From a virus (taxonomy: Duplodnaviria > Caudoviricetes): 64,000 bases of DNA. The stretch lies in IMG/VR virus record IMGVR_UViG_3300047322_000561, positions 2,030 through 66,029 of that record; one strand, 5' to 3'. Numbering within the stretch: the first letter of the stretch is position 1; each line of letters opens with the position of its first letter. The notes beneath the pieces are model-generated. The model saw only the letters and a list, made by a program, of their open reading frames with translations. It searched no databases and was not told the DNA's origin. Below are positions 1-9,535 of the stretch, one piece after another. The position numbers and the translations under genes were made by a program.

Positions 1-52
1 CCTGCTCTCCGCAGGTCTCAGCGCACAAGCACAGGCCAAAAACTCTTCGTGA
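1..52 (+). CDS. 3' end of upstream head gene (probable scaffold), truncated by window
   Basis: Frame 2 reads LLSAGLSAQAQAKNSS-stop; position upstream of the capsid gene. Confidence 0.4.
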   Translation, partial: LLSAGLSAQAQAKNSS

Positions 53-59
53 CGGGAGA

Positions 60-623
60 CTACCCTGCAGACGCTTTCAACATTGGCAGATGCTTCCACT
101 TCCGACCCGTCACGACGCGGTGCGCTGTCGTGTGGTCGACGTGAAACCAGCCAGCAAGCGTCTTCTCGTGGACTTCGTGCGCGACGTGCAGGTACCGCAT
201 CAGCATCACGTGAGCGTCGGTTAGGCGCGCTCGGTGATGCCTCTGCCCGTGGTACTCGGTGCCGTGCGCAGCGCGGTCTGCTGCGTTCTCCTGAGCAGTG
301 CCCCAGCGAAGGTTTTCGAGACGGTTGTTCGTCGGGTCCCGGTCAGGGAAGTGGCACGCCTGAAGGCCAGGAGGGCGCGCGCCGACGAACGCTTCCAGTA
401 CGAGGCAGTGCACGCCTACGGGGCGACTTTGCTCGCCTGATTTCAGGCTTAGCGACACAACCAGGTGCCCGTACTGGTTACCGGGATACTGACGCAGCAG
501 GCGCGGCTCTCGCCGGACGCCACCCTGGAAGTCTCGCCAGCTGCGCACGCGACCTTGGTCGCTCACTTCGTACTTCTCAAAACCGACAGTTGGCAACCAA
601 CGCTCAGACTCAGGTGCATCCAT
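60..623 (-). CDS. NUMOD4-HNH homing endonuclease
   Basis: ERWLPTVGFEKYEVSDQGRVRS (NUMOD4), VHCLVLEAFVG..ACH..D.DPTNNRLENLRWGT..EN (HNH), C-terminal HTH-like segment; start taken at ATG 623. Confidence 0.88.
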   Translation of the reverse strand: MDAPESERWLPTVGFEKYEVSDQGRVRSWRDFQGGVRREPRLLRQYPGNQYGHLVVSLSLKSGEQSRPVGVHCLVLEAFVGARPPGLQACHFPDRDPTNNRLENLRWGTAQENAADRAAHGTEYHGQRHHRARLTDAHVMLMRYLHVAHEVHEKTLAGWFHVDHTTAHRVVTGRKWKHLPMLKASAG

Positions 624-664
624 TGCCTGCAGTGTACCTGAGCATCTGAAAGGCGGGTATTCCA

Positions 665-1939
665 TTGAGTTTTACTCTGTACGAAGCGGCTAAGATCGCC
701 CGAAACCCACTCACTCGCGGCGTGTTCCTCGGCATCGCTGTCACCAACGAGCTCTTCAGCCGAATGCAGTTCGTGCCGAAGTCTGGCTCCGCGTGGACAT
801 ACGCTCGAGAGAAGGCGCTGCCCACGATCGAGTTCGTCGATCCCGCCAACCCCGTCACCGTCGAGTCGTCCGCGACGTTCGACGACGTGACCGTGCCGCT
901 GCGTCTCATCGAGACCGACGTCGACGTGCTCAACACGACGCTCAACCAGAACGACCCGAACGGCGACCCGCGCGCCATCCAGCTCAAGCAGAAGCTCAAG
1001 GCGCTGGGCATGAAGCTGCAGGACCGCATGTTCGGCGGCGGCTACGTGACGAGCGCGACGTTCGATCGCCCGGCCGTGTCGCCTGCCGCAGCGCTCGTGT
1101 TCGTCAGCGCCAGCGCGCACACAGACTCGTTCCGGTTCGGGCCGGGTGACATCAAGTACACGCACGCCGGCACGCTCTGGAGCTACCGCGCGCCCGGCGA
1201 CCGTACGTTCGGCGCGCCCGTCGCTGTCGCTGCGAACTCGACCAACGTCGTGCTCAGCTCCGACAACCCCAACAAGAAGATCGTTCTCAACATCACGGTC
1301 GCCAGCGCGACTGCAGACGGCGTCGTGTCGGTCAACTTCGCGACGACCACGCACGAGTTCGACGGTCTGCCGAAGCTCTGCCCCGCGACGCAGACCGTCG
1401 CGTCGACCGGCGTAGACGGCGACGCGCTGAGCTTCGACGTCATGGACCAGCTGCTCTTCGAGAAGCTCAAGGAGCGCGATAACGCCTGCTTCTTCATGAA
1501 CAGCAAGCTCAAGCGCAAGTTCATGGCGCTCGCGCGTAGCGCAGCGGGCGGCATGATGCCCGAGCAGTTGGCCATCCCAGTGCTCGGGATGAACGGGCAG
1601 CCCTCGCAGATTCTGGTGCCGCACTACAACGGCTATCCGATCTTCCAGGTCGACGACGTGCCGAGCAACGAGGCCAAGGGCGCGAGCACGAACCTGTCGT
1701 CGCTGTACATCGCATCTCTGGCTGCAGAGCAGGGTCTGTACTTCGGCGTGCAGCAGGAGAGCGAGCAGGCGCTGGCGAACCTGACGCCGTTCGACGCGCT
1801 GATCGGCGGCGTGAAGATGTACGACATCGGGCAGCTCGAGGCGAAGGCGGCGTTCCGCACGCGCCTCGAGTGGTACGGCTCGCTCGCACTCGGCACCGAG
1901 TACGCCATCGCGCGCGCCTCCGAGATCAAGACCACCTGA
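665..1939 (+). CDS. major capsid protein with ~105-aa insertion
   Basis: TLYEAAK start, YAREKALP, DVD, EFDGL and RTRLEWY motifs typical of HK97-fold capsids; heads the structural operon. Confidence 0.85.
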   Translation: MSFTLYEAAKIARNPLTRGVFLGIAVTNELFSRMQFVPKSGSAWTYAREKALPTIEFVDPANPVTVESSATFDDVTVPLRLIETDVDVLNTTLNQNDPNGDPRAIQLKQKLKALGMKLQDRMFGGGYVTSATFDRPAVSPAAALVFVSASAHTDSFRFGPGDIKYTHAGTLWSYRAPGDRTFGAPVAVAANSTNVVLSSDNPNKKIVLNITVASATADGVVSVNFATTTHEFDGLPKLCPATQTVASTGVDGDALSFDVMDQLLFEKLKERDNACFFMNSKLKRKFMALARSAAGGMMPEQLAIPVLGMNGQPSQILVPHYNGYPIFQVDDVPSNEAKGASTNLSSLYIASLAAEQGLYFGVQQESEQALANLTPFDALIGGVKMYDIGQLEAKAAFRTRLEWYGSLALGTEYAIARASEIKTT

Positions 1940-1978
1940 CCTGCAGCGCTGCGCGCGCGCAGCAGGAGCTCGACGCCC

Positions 1979-3172
1979 ATGGCACTCTCGCTAACCGACG
2001 TCCCGTATGAGCCAGCGACCCAGTACACGGATCGCTGGCTGTTCGTGCTCAGCGACGAGCTACAGGGCGAGCACGGCGGCACCTTCTTCGAGCTCGGCGT
2101 CGCGACACGCGAGGTCGACGTGCGCTGTCTGCGCAAGTTCATCTGCGCGCACCCGGTCGAGGGCGCGCGGCGCACCTTCGGCGAGCGCCTCGACCTCGGC
2201 GACTGCACCAAGCTCGGCAAGCCGCCCAAGCCGCCTGACCCTGGCGAAGGCGAAGAGGGCGGCGGCGAAGAGAGCGGCGAAGGCGAAGGCGAAGGCGAAG
2301 GCCCCATCGGCGGCACGCTGCCCACTGCGCCCGGCGTCGACAACGCCTTGCCAGGTGAACAGCCCGGCATCGACCACGAGCTACCTGGCGAGCGCCCTCC
2401 CATCGGCAGCACGCTGCCAGAGGGGCCGGCGATCGACAACGAGCTGCCGCGCCCTGGACTGCCGCCGCTGGGCAGCACGCTGCCAGAGGGGCCAGGCATC
2501 GACAACACGCTGCCGCGCCCTGAGCTACCTGACGAGCTGCCGCCGCTGGGCACGACGCTTCCGACGCGCCCTGGCGTCGACAACGAACTGCCCGGCGAGC
2601 AGCCCGGCATCGACAACGAGCTGCCGCCCGACCGTCCGCCCATCGGCGTGACGCTGCCCGAGGGGCCGCGCCCCGGCAACGAGCTGCCGCGTCCCGAGCT
2701 GCCGGACGAGCTGCCGCCGTTCGGCACGACGCTGCCCGAGCGGCCCGAGGGCGGCAACCTGCCAGCCATCCCCGAGGCTGGGCAAGAGCTACCGGGCGAG
2801 CAGCCCGGCATCGACAACGAGCTGCCGCCTGAGCTGCCGCCCATCGGCAGCACGCTGCCGGAGCGTCCTGGCATCGACAACGAACTGCCTCGTCCAGAGC
2901 TGCCCGACGAGCTGCCGCCCTTCGGAACGACGCTGCCCACCCGGCCTGGCGTCGACAACGAGCTCCCTGGCGAACAGCCGGACATCGACAACGAACTGCC
3001 GCCCGAGCCGCCTCCCATCGGCACGACGCTGCCGACGCGGCCAGGCATCGACAACGTGCTGCCCGAGCCTGAGCCGCCGCCTGCTGCTCGCGAGCGCGCG
3101 CCCATCCCGCCGCCGCCGAAGCCCAGCTGGAGCGAGAAGCTCACGGGCAAGGGCAAGGGCAAGAGCAAGTGA
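1979..3172 (+). CDS. Pro/Glu-rich repeat protein, probably virion-associated
   Basis: ~80-aa N-terminal domain followed by many PG(I/V)DNELP / PPxGxTLP repeats; coupled to the next gene by overlap. Confidence 0.75.
   Translation: MALSLTDVPYEPATQYTDRWLFVLSDELQGEHGGTFFELGVATREVDVRCLRKFICAHPVEGARRTFGERLDLGDCTKLGKPPKPPDPGEGEEGGGEESGEGEGEGEGPIGGTLPTAPGVDNALPGEQPGIDHELPGERPPIGSTLPEGPAIDNELPRPGLPPLGSTLPEGPGIDNTLPRPELPDELPPLGTTLPTRPGVDNELPGEQPGIDNELPPDRPPIGVTLPEGPRPGNELPRPELPDELPPFGTTLPERPEGGNLPAIPEAGQELPGEQPGIDNELPPELPPIGSTLPERPGIDNELPRPELPDELPPFGTTLPTRPGVDNELPGEQPDIDNELPPEPPPIGTTLPTRPGIDNVLPEPEPPPAARERAPIPPPPKPSWSEKLTGKGKGKSK
2300..3070 (+). repeat. coding tandem repeats (ggcatcgacaacgagctgcc-type units)
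   Basis: About a dozen degenerate DNELP-type units arranged in higher-order blocks. Confidence 0.85.
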
Positions 3173-3612
3173 TCACCTACGTCGCCGACTTCGACTCCTT
3201 CCATGCTGCGTTCGCGCAGCTCGAGGGAGCGCTGCAGCTGCGCTTGAAGCAGGGCCTGGACCTGACGCTCGAGAGCATCGCTGCGCGCGCGAAGCAGACG
3301 ACGACGTTTACCGACCGCACGGGCGCGCTGCGCAACTCCATCCAGTCAGACGGCGTGCAGGAGGAGGGCGACGAGCTCGTGGGTATCGTGAGCTTCGCCG
3401 CGACGAGCGAGGCGAAGCTGCGTAAGAAGCGCGGCAACACGCGCCGCTCGATGGGCAAGGGCTACCCGTACGGCCTGGCCCAAGAGTTCGGCACGCGCAC
3501 CGGCGTGCGTGAAAAGCGCTTCATCCGCGACGCCATCGACGACGAGGACGGCGAGATCCTCGAGAGCGCCATGGCGCGCGCGTTTCGAGACTGCGGCTTC
3601 GAGGTGGTCTGA
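3169..3612 (+). CDS. HK97 gp10-like neck/tail-completion protein
   Basis: DRTGALRNSI, YGLAQEFGT, KRFIRDAI motifs. Confidence 0.8.
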   Translation: MITYVADFDSFHAAFAQLEGALQLRLKQGLDLTLESIAARAKQTTTFTDRTGALRNSIQSDGVQEEGDELVGIVSFAATSEAKLRKKRGNTRRSMGKGYPYGLAQEFGTRTGVREKRFIRDAIDDEDGEILESAMARAFRDCGFEVV

Positions 3613-4004
3613 TGGCGCTCGCCGTCGACAGCATCTGCACCGACACGGACCTTGCCAACCAGGTCGGCGGTCTGTCCGAGCTCAACCGCATCAACAAGGA
3701 CCAGCCGACGCGCGACGTCTTCCGCCAGGCTGCGCTCGCTGATGCGCTCGCCGCGCTGGCCTCGCGCTCTCCGCCCCTGCACGAGACTGACCTCGCCAAC
3801 CCAGTCGAGCTCAAGCTCGCCGTCTGCTACCGCGCGCTGAGTAAGATCTACTTCGCAGCGATGGCGGCCGAGGACGACCGCAATCACACGCTCGCCAAGA
3901 ACTACGAGCGCGAGTACCTCGGCGCCATTCGCGGGCGCTTCACGCCGGCAAGCGGCGGCGGCGGCACCGTCGGCGGCGGCACCTTCCCCTTCGAGCGGAG
4001 GTAG
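3612..4004 (+). CDS. head-tail adaptor
   Basis: Size, position, TDTDLA start, helical pattern. Confidence 0.6.
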   Translation: MALAVDSICTDTDLANQVGGLSELNRINKDQPTRDVFRQAALADALAALASRSPPLHETDLANPVELKLAVCYRALSKIYFAAMAAEDDRNHTLAKNYEREYLGAIRGRFTPASGGGGTVGGGTFPFERR

Positions 4005-4007
4005 CTC

Positions 4008-4718
4008 GTGGCGGACAACGCGCTCGACTCCCTGCCCGACCCGCTCATCACGCCGATCCTGGCGCTGCTGTACGACGCCATCAATGCAGACCTCACCGCC
4101 GAGATGACGGCCGCCGGCGTGCCGCCTGACCTGCTCGAGCCCGCGGTGCAGACGACGTGCAAGGTGCCGTTCACGCTCGGCATGGAAGGCTCGGGCGTCT
4201 TGCCTGCGCTGCACTGCTACCGCGTTCGTACGCGCTCGGTGCAGACGACGATGTATTACCTGGACCACGGCAGCACGCTGCAGTTCGCGTACGCGACGCC
4301 GCCGACCGGGCGCGACATGCTCGACGTGCGCTGGCCGCTGCTCGACCGCGTCTGGCACGCGCTCATCCGCACGCTCGTGCGCGGCAGTCACCCTGCGCAT
4401 CAGGGCGGCGCGGACGTGCTGCTCGAGGCAGGCGTCGTGCGCATCCTTCGGCAGACCGCGATCAAGCGCGAGCTGTTCACGCCGGACGGACAGCAGACCT
4501 TCCCCGGCTTCGTCGCCGAGGTCGATGTCATCTGGCGCGATGACAACGACCAGGACCAAGGGCCGTTCTACCCGGCGCTGAGCTTCGACGCGCAGCTCTA
4601 CACCGACAACGAAGACACCTCGCAGGACCCCGACGTCATCGCGCGCGTGCTGACCGACGCAGGCGAGGCGGACCCTGCCGGCAAGGACTTTCCGCGACCC
4701 CCAGACTGGAGCCTCTAA
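4008..4718 (+). CDS. tail terminator/completion protein
   Basis: Position between adaptor and sheath. Confidence 0.5.
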   Translation: MADNALDSLPDPLITPILALLYDAINADLTAEMTAAGVPPDLLEPAVQTTCKVPFTLGMEGSGVLPALHCYRVRTRSVQTTMYYLDHGSTLQFAYATPPTGRDMLDVRWPLLDRVWHALIRTLVRGSHPAHQGGADVLLEAGVVRILRQTAIKRELFTPDGQQTFPGFVAEVDVIWRDDNDQDQGPFYPALSFDAQLYTDNEDTSQDPDVIARVLTDAGEADPAGKDFPRPPDWSL

Positions 4719-5056
4719 TGTCAGACACGATCAAGGTGCAAGCCGTGGACGGCGCAGTCCTGCCGGTCGAGCGCGGCCACGGCTACGTCGGCTACACGCA
4801 GTGTGCAGCGGACGACCCGGAGGCCGACCACGTCATCGGCACCGTGTGCGGGCTCAAGCGCGTGCCGACGCCTGTCGAGGTGCCGAACACGCTCTACTAC
4901 CGCTGCGCGGTCAACGTGGGCGACCTGGTCGCGGTGCAGTCCGATCCACCACCACCCGAGCTCGAGGACGAGTCCGAGACTGAGTCGCGTCTCGAGGAGC
5001 TCGAGCGCTTCGAGCCTGAAGATGAGCAGCAGCCCGCTGCAGAGAGCGAGGTCTGA
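4718..5056 (+). CDS. small pre-sheath protein (DUF2635-like)
   Basis: IKVQAVDG..VEVPNTLYYR..VGDLV; immediately upstream of sheath as in Mu-like phages. Confidence 0.6.
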   Translation: MSDTIKVQAVDGAVLPVERGHGYVGYTQCAADDPEADHVIGTVCGLKRVPTPVEVPNTLYYRCAVNVGDLVAVQSDPPPPELEDESETESRLEELERFEPEDEQQPAAESEV

Positions 5057-5059
5057 GTC

Positions 5060-6529
5060 ATGCCCATGCAAAGCATTCTCGCGGCAGGCGACAAGCGCCC
5101 CGGCGTCTACACCAAGGTCTGGCTCGGCGTCGGCCTGCGCGCGACAGGCGACAGCACGCGCCACGTCGAGCTGTTCGGCAACAAGCTGCCCATCGGCTCC
5201 GCGGTCGCGAACACCGAGTACGACGTCTACTCCGAGGACGACGCGCGCTCGCTGTTCGGCGCAGGCTCAGAGCTACACCTGATGGTCAAGGCGGCCATCG
5301 CTGCGTGGGCCGGCGTGACGCTCAAGTGCATCGTCATCGCGGAGTCGGCGGGCGCCGCAGCGAGCGGCACGATTATCTTCTCGGTCATCGCGAATGCGAA
5401 CGGCACCGGCTACGTGACCGTGCTCGGCGAGGAGATCGAGTTTCCGATCACGGCAGCCGACACGCCGACCATCATCGGCGACAACGCCATCGCAGCCATC
5501 AACGCGAAGGGCGACTGGCCTGTCACGGCGACCAACGCAGCCGGCACGCTTACTGTGTCAGCGCGTCAGAAGGGCCCGCGCGGCAACTACATCGCGGTGC
5601 GCGCGCGCGTAAGCGGCGGCATCGGCGTGCTCTGCGCGCCGCCCGTAGGCGGCTACCTGACGCTCGGCACGACGTCAGACGACCCGCAGACGGCGCTCGA
5701 CGTCATCGCGTCTGTGCAGCGGCGCTACCTGGTCGCGCCGTACAGCGACCCGACCAACCTCACGAAGTTTCAGACGCACGTCGATGCGCAGGACGAGCCC
5801 GAGGTGGGCCATCGCAAGCAGATGGTCTGGGCGAACCTCGACACGCTCGCCAACGCGACAGGCGTGGTCACGGGGCGCAACTTCGGACGCGGGCAGTGCG
5901 GCTGGATGTATAACTCCGACCTGCCCTGCTCGATGATGGCGGCAGGTCTCGCCGCGCGTCGCGCAGCGGGCGAGTCGACTAGCTGCGCGCACAACTTCAA
6001 CGGCGAGACGGTCGGCGGGCTCAAGGCGCAGTACCGCGTCGCAGACCGGCCCAACTCGTCGCAGCTGCAGGCGGCGCTCAACAACGGCGTCACGCCGCTG
6101 CAGAGCGCAGACGACGGCTCGGCGTACATCGTCCGGTCGATCACCACGCACAGCCGCGACACGCTCGGCAACGCCGACTACCGCGTGCTGGACACGCTCA
6201 AGGTCTCGATCACCGACGAGGCTGCAGACCGCGTCGAGACTGAGTTCTGGGACCGGTACCGCACGTTCAACGCGTCGCAGGACCCGCCCGAGGGCGAGCC
6301 GAGCGCGCCGGGCGTGGTCACGCCATCGATGTGCGAGGACCTCGCGTACGAGATTCTGACCGGCATGGAGAGCGAGGGTCTGCTCGAGTCCGGCTCGGTC
6401 GAGCGCCTCAAGGATCAAATCATCTGGGAGCTGTCGACGGTCAGCGCCGGCCGCTTCAACGGCGTCATGCTGCTCGACGCTGTCGAGTGGGCAAACCAGT
6501 TCGCGACGAGCGTGCTCCAGGTCGGCTGA
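5060..6529 (+). CDS. contractile tail sheath protein (Mu gpL-like)
   Basis: RPGVY, FGAGSELHLM, KGPRGN, ALNNGVTPL, IVRSITT motifs. Confidence 0.93.
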   Translation: MPMQSILAAGDKRPGVYTKVWLGVGLRATGDSTRHVELFGNKLPIGSAVANTEYDVYSEDDARSLFGAGSELHLMVKAAIAAWAGVTLKCIVIAESAGAAASGTIIFSVIANANGTGYVTVLGEEIEFPITAADTPTIIGDNAIAAINAKGDWPVTATNAAGTLTVSARQKGPRGNYIAVRARVSGGIGVLCAPPVGGYLTLGTTSDDPQTALDVIASVQRRYLVAPYSDPTNLTKFQTHVDAQDEPEVGHRKQMVWANLDTLANATGVVTGRNFGRGQCGWMYNSDLPCSMMAAGLAARRAAGESTSCAHNFNGETVGGLKAQYRVADRPNSSQLQAALNNGVTPLQSADDGSAYIVRSITTHSRDTLGNADYRVLDTLKVSITDEAADRVETEFWDRYRTFNASQDPPEGEPSAPGVVTPSMCEDLAYEILTGMESEGLLESGSVERLKDQIIWELSTVSAGRFNGVMLLDAVEWANQFATSVLQVG

Positions 6530-6553
6530 GGCTGAAAGAGAAGAGGTCTCCGC

Positions 6554-6928
6554 ATGGACAAGTACGAGGGCAAAGGCATCATCCAGCTCAACGGGCGCAC
6601 GCTCGCAGAGGCCACCAAGATCAGCGTAACCGTCAAGTCGCAGGACAGCCTCGTGGTCACCATGATCAAGGGCGCGACGGGTTTCTCGGACGGTCCTGGC
6701 ATCACCGAGGCGTCGATCGAGTCTGCCGTGCCGCTCAAGGGCTACGAGGCCGACTTCGTCGAGGCGGTGCGCAGCAAGGCGACCGTCAAGCTCGTCACGA
6801 TGTCTGGTGGTCGACGCCATCAGACCGAGGGGCGCATCACCGAGTCGAGCTGGTCAAACCAGGTTGACTCGCCCACGCTGCTGACAGCGAGCTTTCAGGG
6901 CAAGATGCTCAAGAGCCTGGGCGGCTGA
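6554..6928 (+). CDS. tail tube protein
   Basis: 124 aa directly after sheath; GFSDG motif. Confidence 0.8.
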   Translation: MDKYEGKGIIQLNGRTLAEATKISVTVKSQDSLVVTMIKGATGFSDGPGITEASIESAVPLKGYEADFVEAVRSKATVKLVTMSGGRRHQTEGRITESSWSNQVDSPTLLTASFQGKMLKSLGG

Positions 6929-7461
6929 TGGCGAAGTTCTCGGACGAGATTGTCGCCGCTGCGCTGCGCCCGCGCAGCGTCGTGCGCAAGTACCCGTTCC
7001 CCGGTGCGCCTGGCATCGAGGTCGGCATCAAGCTGCTCACGGACAGCGAACTCGACAGCGCGCGCCTGCAGGCGGTGGACTACTGCAGCAAGAAGTCGGC
7101 GAACTTGATCGCGGACCCGGAGTTTCTCGACCGGCTCATTCAGCGCGAGATTATCGCGCGCGCGTTCTTCGACCCGGAGCAGGCGGGGCACTACTTCTTT
7201 GCCGACCACGGCGAGGTCGCGCAGCTCGACAACCTGACGGTGCGCTCGCTGCACGAGCTCTACCAGCTGCATGCGCAGTCGATGGACCCGCTTGCGTTCT
7301 GCCCGGTCGAGCAGGTGCAGGAGCTGGCAGACACCCTGGGAAAATCCGAGAACGCCGCGGGCATTTTGAGTTTGTACGACTTGTACACGGCGCGGAGCTG
7401 CGTGCTTTCTTTGGCCTTGAAGCTGCGCGAGACGCAACTGTCACGCAGTGCGTCTACCTGA
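6928..7461 (+). CDS. tail assembly chaperone (G); -1 frameshift extension ends at 7502
   Basis: Lies between tube and tape measure; contains in-frame G GGA AAA. Confidence 0.8.
   Translation: MAKFSDEIVAAALRPRSVVRKYPFPGAPGIEVGIKLLTDSELDSARLQAVDYCSKKSANLIADPEFLDRLIQREIIARAFFDPEQAGHYFFADHGEVAQLDNLTVRSLHELYQLHAQSMDPLAFCPVEQVQELADTLGKSENAAGILSLYDLYTARSCVLSLALKLRETQLSRSAST
7338..7344 (+). promoter_or_regulatory. programmed -1 ribosomal frameshift site GGGAAAA
   Basis: X XXY YYZ heptamer in correct phase; -1 frame stays open to TGA 7500-7502, which overlaps the tape-measure GTG. Confidence 0.8.
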
Positions 7462-7498
7462 CTGAGCTGCGCAAAGCGGCACGAGAGGCGGGGCACCT

Positions 7499-9535
7499 GT
7501 GACAATCGAAGCGATTGCCAAGATTGTTGTGCGGGGCGTCTCCGAGGCGCTCAAGGCCACGCAGGGCGTCACGCGCGCGACGCGCGAAGCGAACAAGGCC
7601 GGGCAGGAGCAGGCCAAAGCGTCTGAGGCTGCCAACAAGGCAGCGATTCGCGATCACCAGCAGCGCATCAAAGAGCAGGAAAAGCTCACCGCTGCGACGC
7701 AAAAGGCTGCCACCGCGCAGGCCAAGGCGCAGGCGAAGGCAGCACAGGCGGCGGCCGACGCAGCGACGCGTGCGGAAAAAGAGCAGGAGCGCCTCGCGCA
7801 GAAGCAGGCGGACTACTGGGCCAAGCTCGCGCAGAAGTCCGCCGACCAGCGCATCCGGCAAGAGGAGCGCGTGACGCAGGCAGCGGCGCGCGAAGCTGCC
7901 AAGCAGCAGAAGGAAGCGGAGAAGACTGCGGCCAAGCAGAAGAAGGACCGCGACGAGACGTTCCGGCGCGTCGGCGGCGCAGTCGGCGCAGTCGCTGCAG
8001 GCGCGCTGGCGGGCGGCATGGCGGCGGTCGGCACGGCGCGCTCGATCGGCGGATACAAGAGCGTGCAGGAGCGCGTGACGTCCGCGAACGAGTTTCGCGA
8101 GCGGCTCGTAGGCGTGACCAGCGCGGCAGGCATGACTGCCGAGCAGCGCGAGGCGACGCAGGGGCAGGTGCTCGAGGCGAGCAAGGCGACGGGCAAAGAC
8201 CAGGGCGAGCTGCTCAGCGTGCTCGAGACCGGGCACGGGCAGTTCAACGACCTGAAGTTTTTCGCGGACAACCTCAAGGAGATCGCCACCATCGCGAAGG
8301 TCGCCAACGCCGACACGGGCGACTTCGCCAAGGCGGTCGGCTCGGTGAAGCAGGCGTTCAACCTGACGGGCGAGGACGCCATCAAGGCCGCGTACCTCAT
8401 GAAAGCTGGCTCGGACAAAGGCTCCGTCGAGCTCAAGGACTTCGCGAAAGACTTCGCTGCAGGCGCCGGCATCTTTGCGCAGAACACCAAGCAGACTGGC
8501 ATCGCTGGCGTGCGGCAGTTCTTAGGCACGGCGCAGGGCATCGCGACCGGGCAGTTCGGCTCGGCTGAGAGCTCGACGCGGCTCGAGCGCTTCATCGCGG
8601 ACGTCAACGACGTCGACGTGCGCAAGGGCCTCAAGGGCATCGGCATCAACAACGTCGCGGACTCGAGCGGCAAGGTCGACGTGGGCCGGCTGCTCGACCA
8701 GCTCGGCAACAGCCAGAAGTTCAAGAGCGCAGCGACGCGTCAGGGCATCTTCAAAGAGACGCGGTCGCTACAGGCAGTCGAGGCGCTGGTCGCTGCGCGC
8801 GAGCGCGAGAAGACGGGCGGCGTCGGCTTCAAGAGCATCGCGGGCGTGGACGAAGCCGCAGGGCGCAGCGCGGTCAGCACAGGCTTTGACGCGCTGTCGC
8901 AGGAGGGCTTCTTCAAGATGCAGCAGCTGGCCGCCAAGCAGCAGGCGGACGTCACGGAGAACCTCGACAAGTACAACAAGCAGGTGCTGCGCGTGCTCGA
9001 GGCAAGCGGCCGGCTCGAGAGCGCATTCGGAACGCTTGCCCTGTGGGCCAATAGCATCGCAGCGGCCGGCGTCGTGGGCAGCGTGGCGAAGCTCGCGCTT
9101 GCGTCGAGGGGTAAGACGGGCGCCGACGTGGAGACCGCAGGCGGCTCGCTGGCTGGCATGGCCGTCAACTCGCTCAAGACCACGGGCGCGATCGGCGGCG
9201 CTGCCGCAGCGGGCGGCGTGGCGGGCGGCGCTGTCATGGCAGCGGGCGGGCTGTTTGCGCTCGGCGCCGGCGTGGCTGCAGGCATGGCGCTCAACGAGGG
9301 CGTGAGCGCGGCGCGCGACGACAAGCAGAGTTTGAGCGACTTGCTCGCAGGCGTGCTCGAGCAGATTGCAGGCGGCGGAGTCGTCGGCGGCAGCGCCAAG
9401 GACCGCATCGGCGCGACCATCACCAACGAGAACGGCGGCACGCGTCAGATCGTCGCGGTGCTCGAGAAGATCGACACGGGCCTACGCGCGCAGGCAGACA
9501 AGCCCCAGGCGGGCGGGAAGCGCGGGCCCCCATGA
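7499..9535 (+). CDS. tape measure protein
   Basis: Ala/Gln/Lys coiled coil, GSVELKDFA core, Gly/Ala hydrophobic C-terminus. Confidence 0.88.
   Translation: MTIEAIAKIVVRGVSEALKATQGVTRATREANKAGQEQAKASEAANKAAIRDHQQRIKEQEKLTAATQKAATAQAKAQAKAAQAAADAATRAEKEQERLAQKQADYWAKLAQKSADQRIRQEERVTQAAAREAAKQQKEAEKTAAKQKKDRDETFRRVGGAVGAVAAGALAGGMAAVGTARSIGGYKSVQERVTSANEFRERLVGVTSAAGMTAEQREATQGQVLEASKATGKDQGELLSVLETGHGQFNDLKFFADNLKEIATIAKVANADTGDFAKAVGSVKQAFNLTGEDAIKAAYLMKAGSDKGSVELKDFAKDFAAGAGIFAQNTKQTGIAGVRQFLGTAQGIATGQFGSAESSTRLERFIADVNDVDVRKGLKGIGINNVADSSGKVDVGRLLDQLGNSQKFKSAATRQGIFKETRSLQAVEALVAAREREKTGGVGFKSIAGVDEAAGRSAVSTGFDALSQEGFFKMQQLAAKQQADVTENLDKYNKQVLRVLEASGRLESAFGTLALWANSIAAAGVVGSVAKLALASRGKTGADVETAGGSLAGMAVNSLKTTGAIGGAAAAGGVAGGAVMAAGGLFALGAGVAAGMALNEGVSAARDDKQSLSDLLAGVLEQIAGGGVVGGSAKDRIGATITNENGGTRQIVAVLEKIDTGLRAQADKPQAGGKRGPP

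Noticed and set aside
2300-3070. Repeats that might be a CRISPR array or a DGR template/variable pair
   Set aside because: Units are in-frame, degenerate at synonymous sites and lack unique spacers; no cas or reverse transcriptase gene is in the window.
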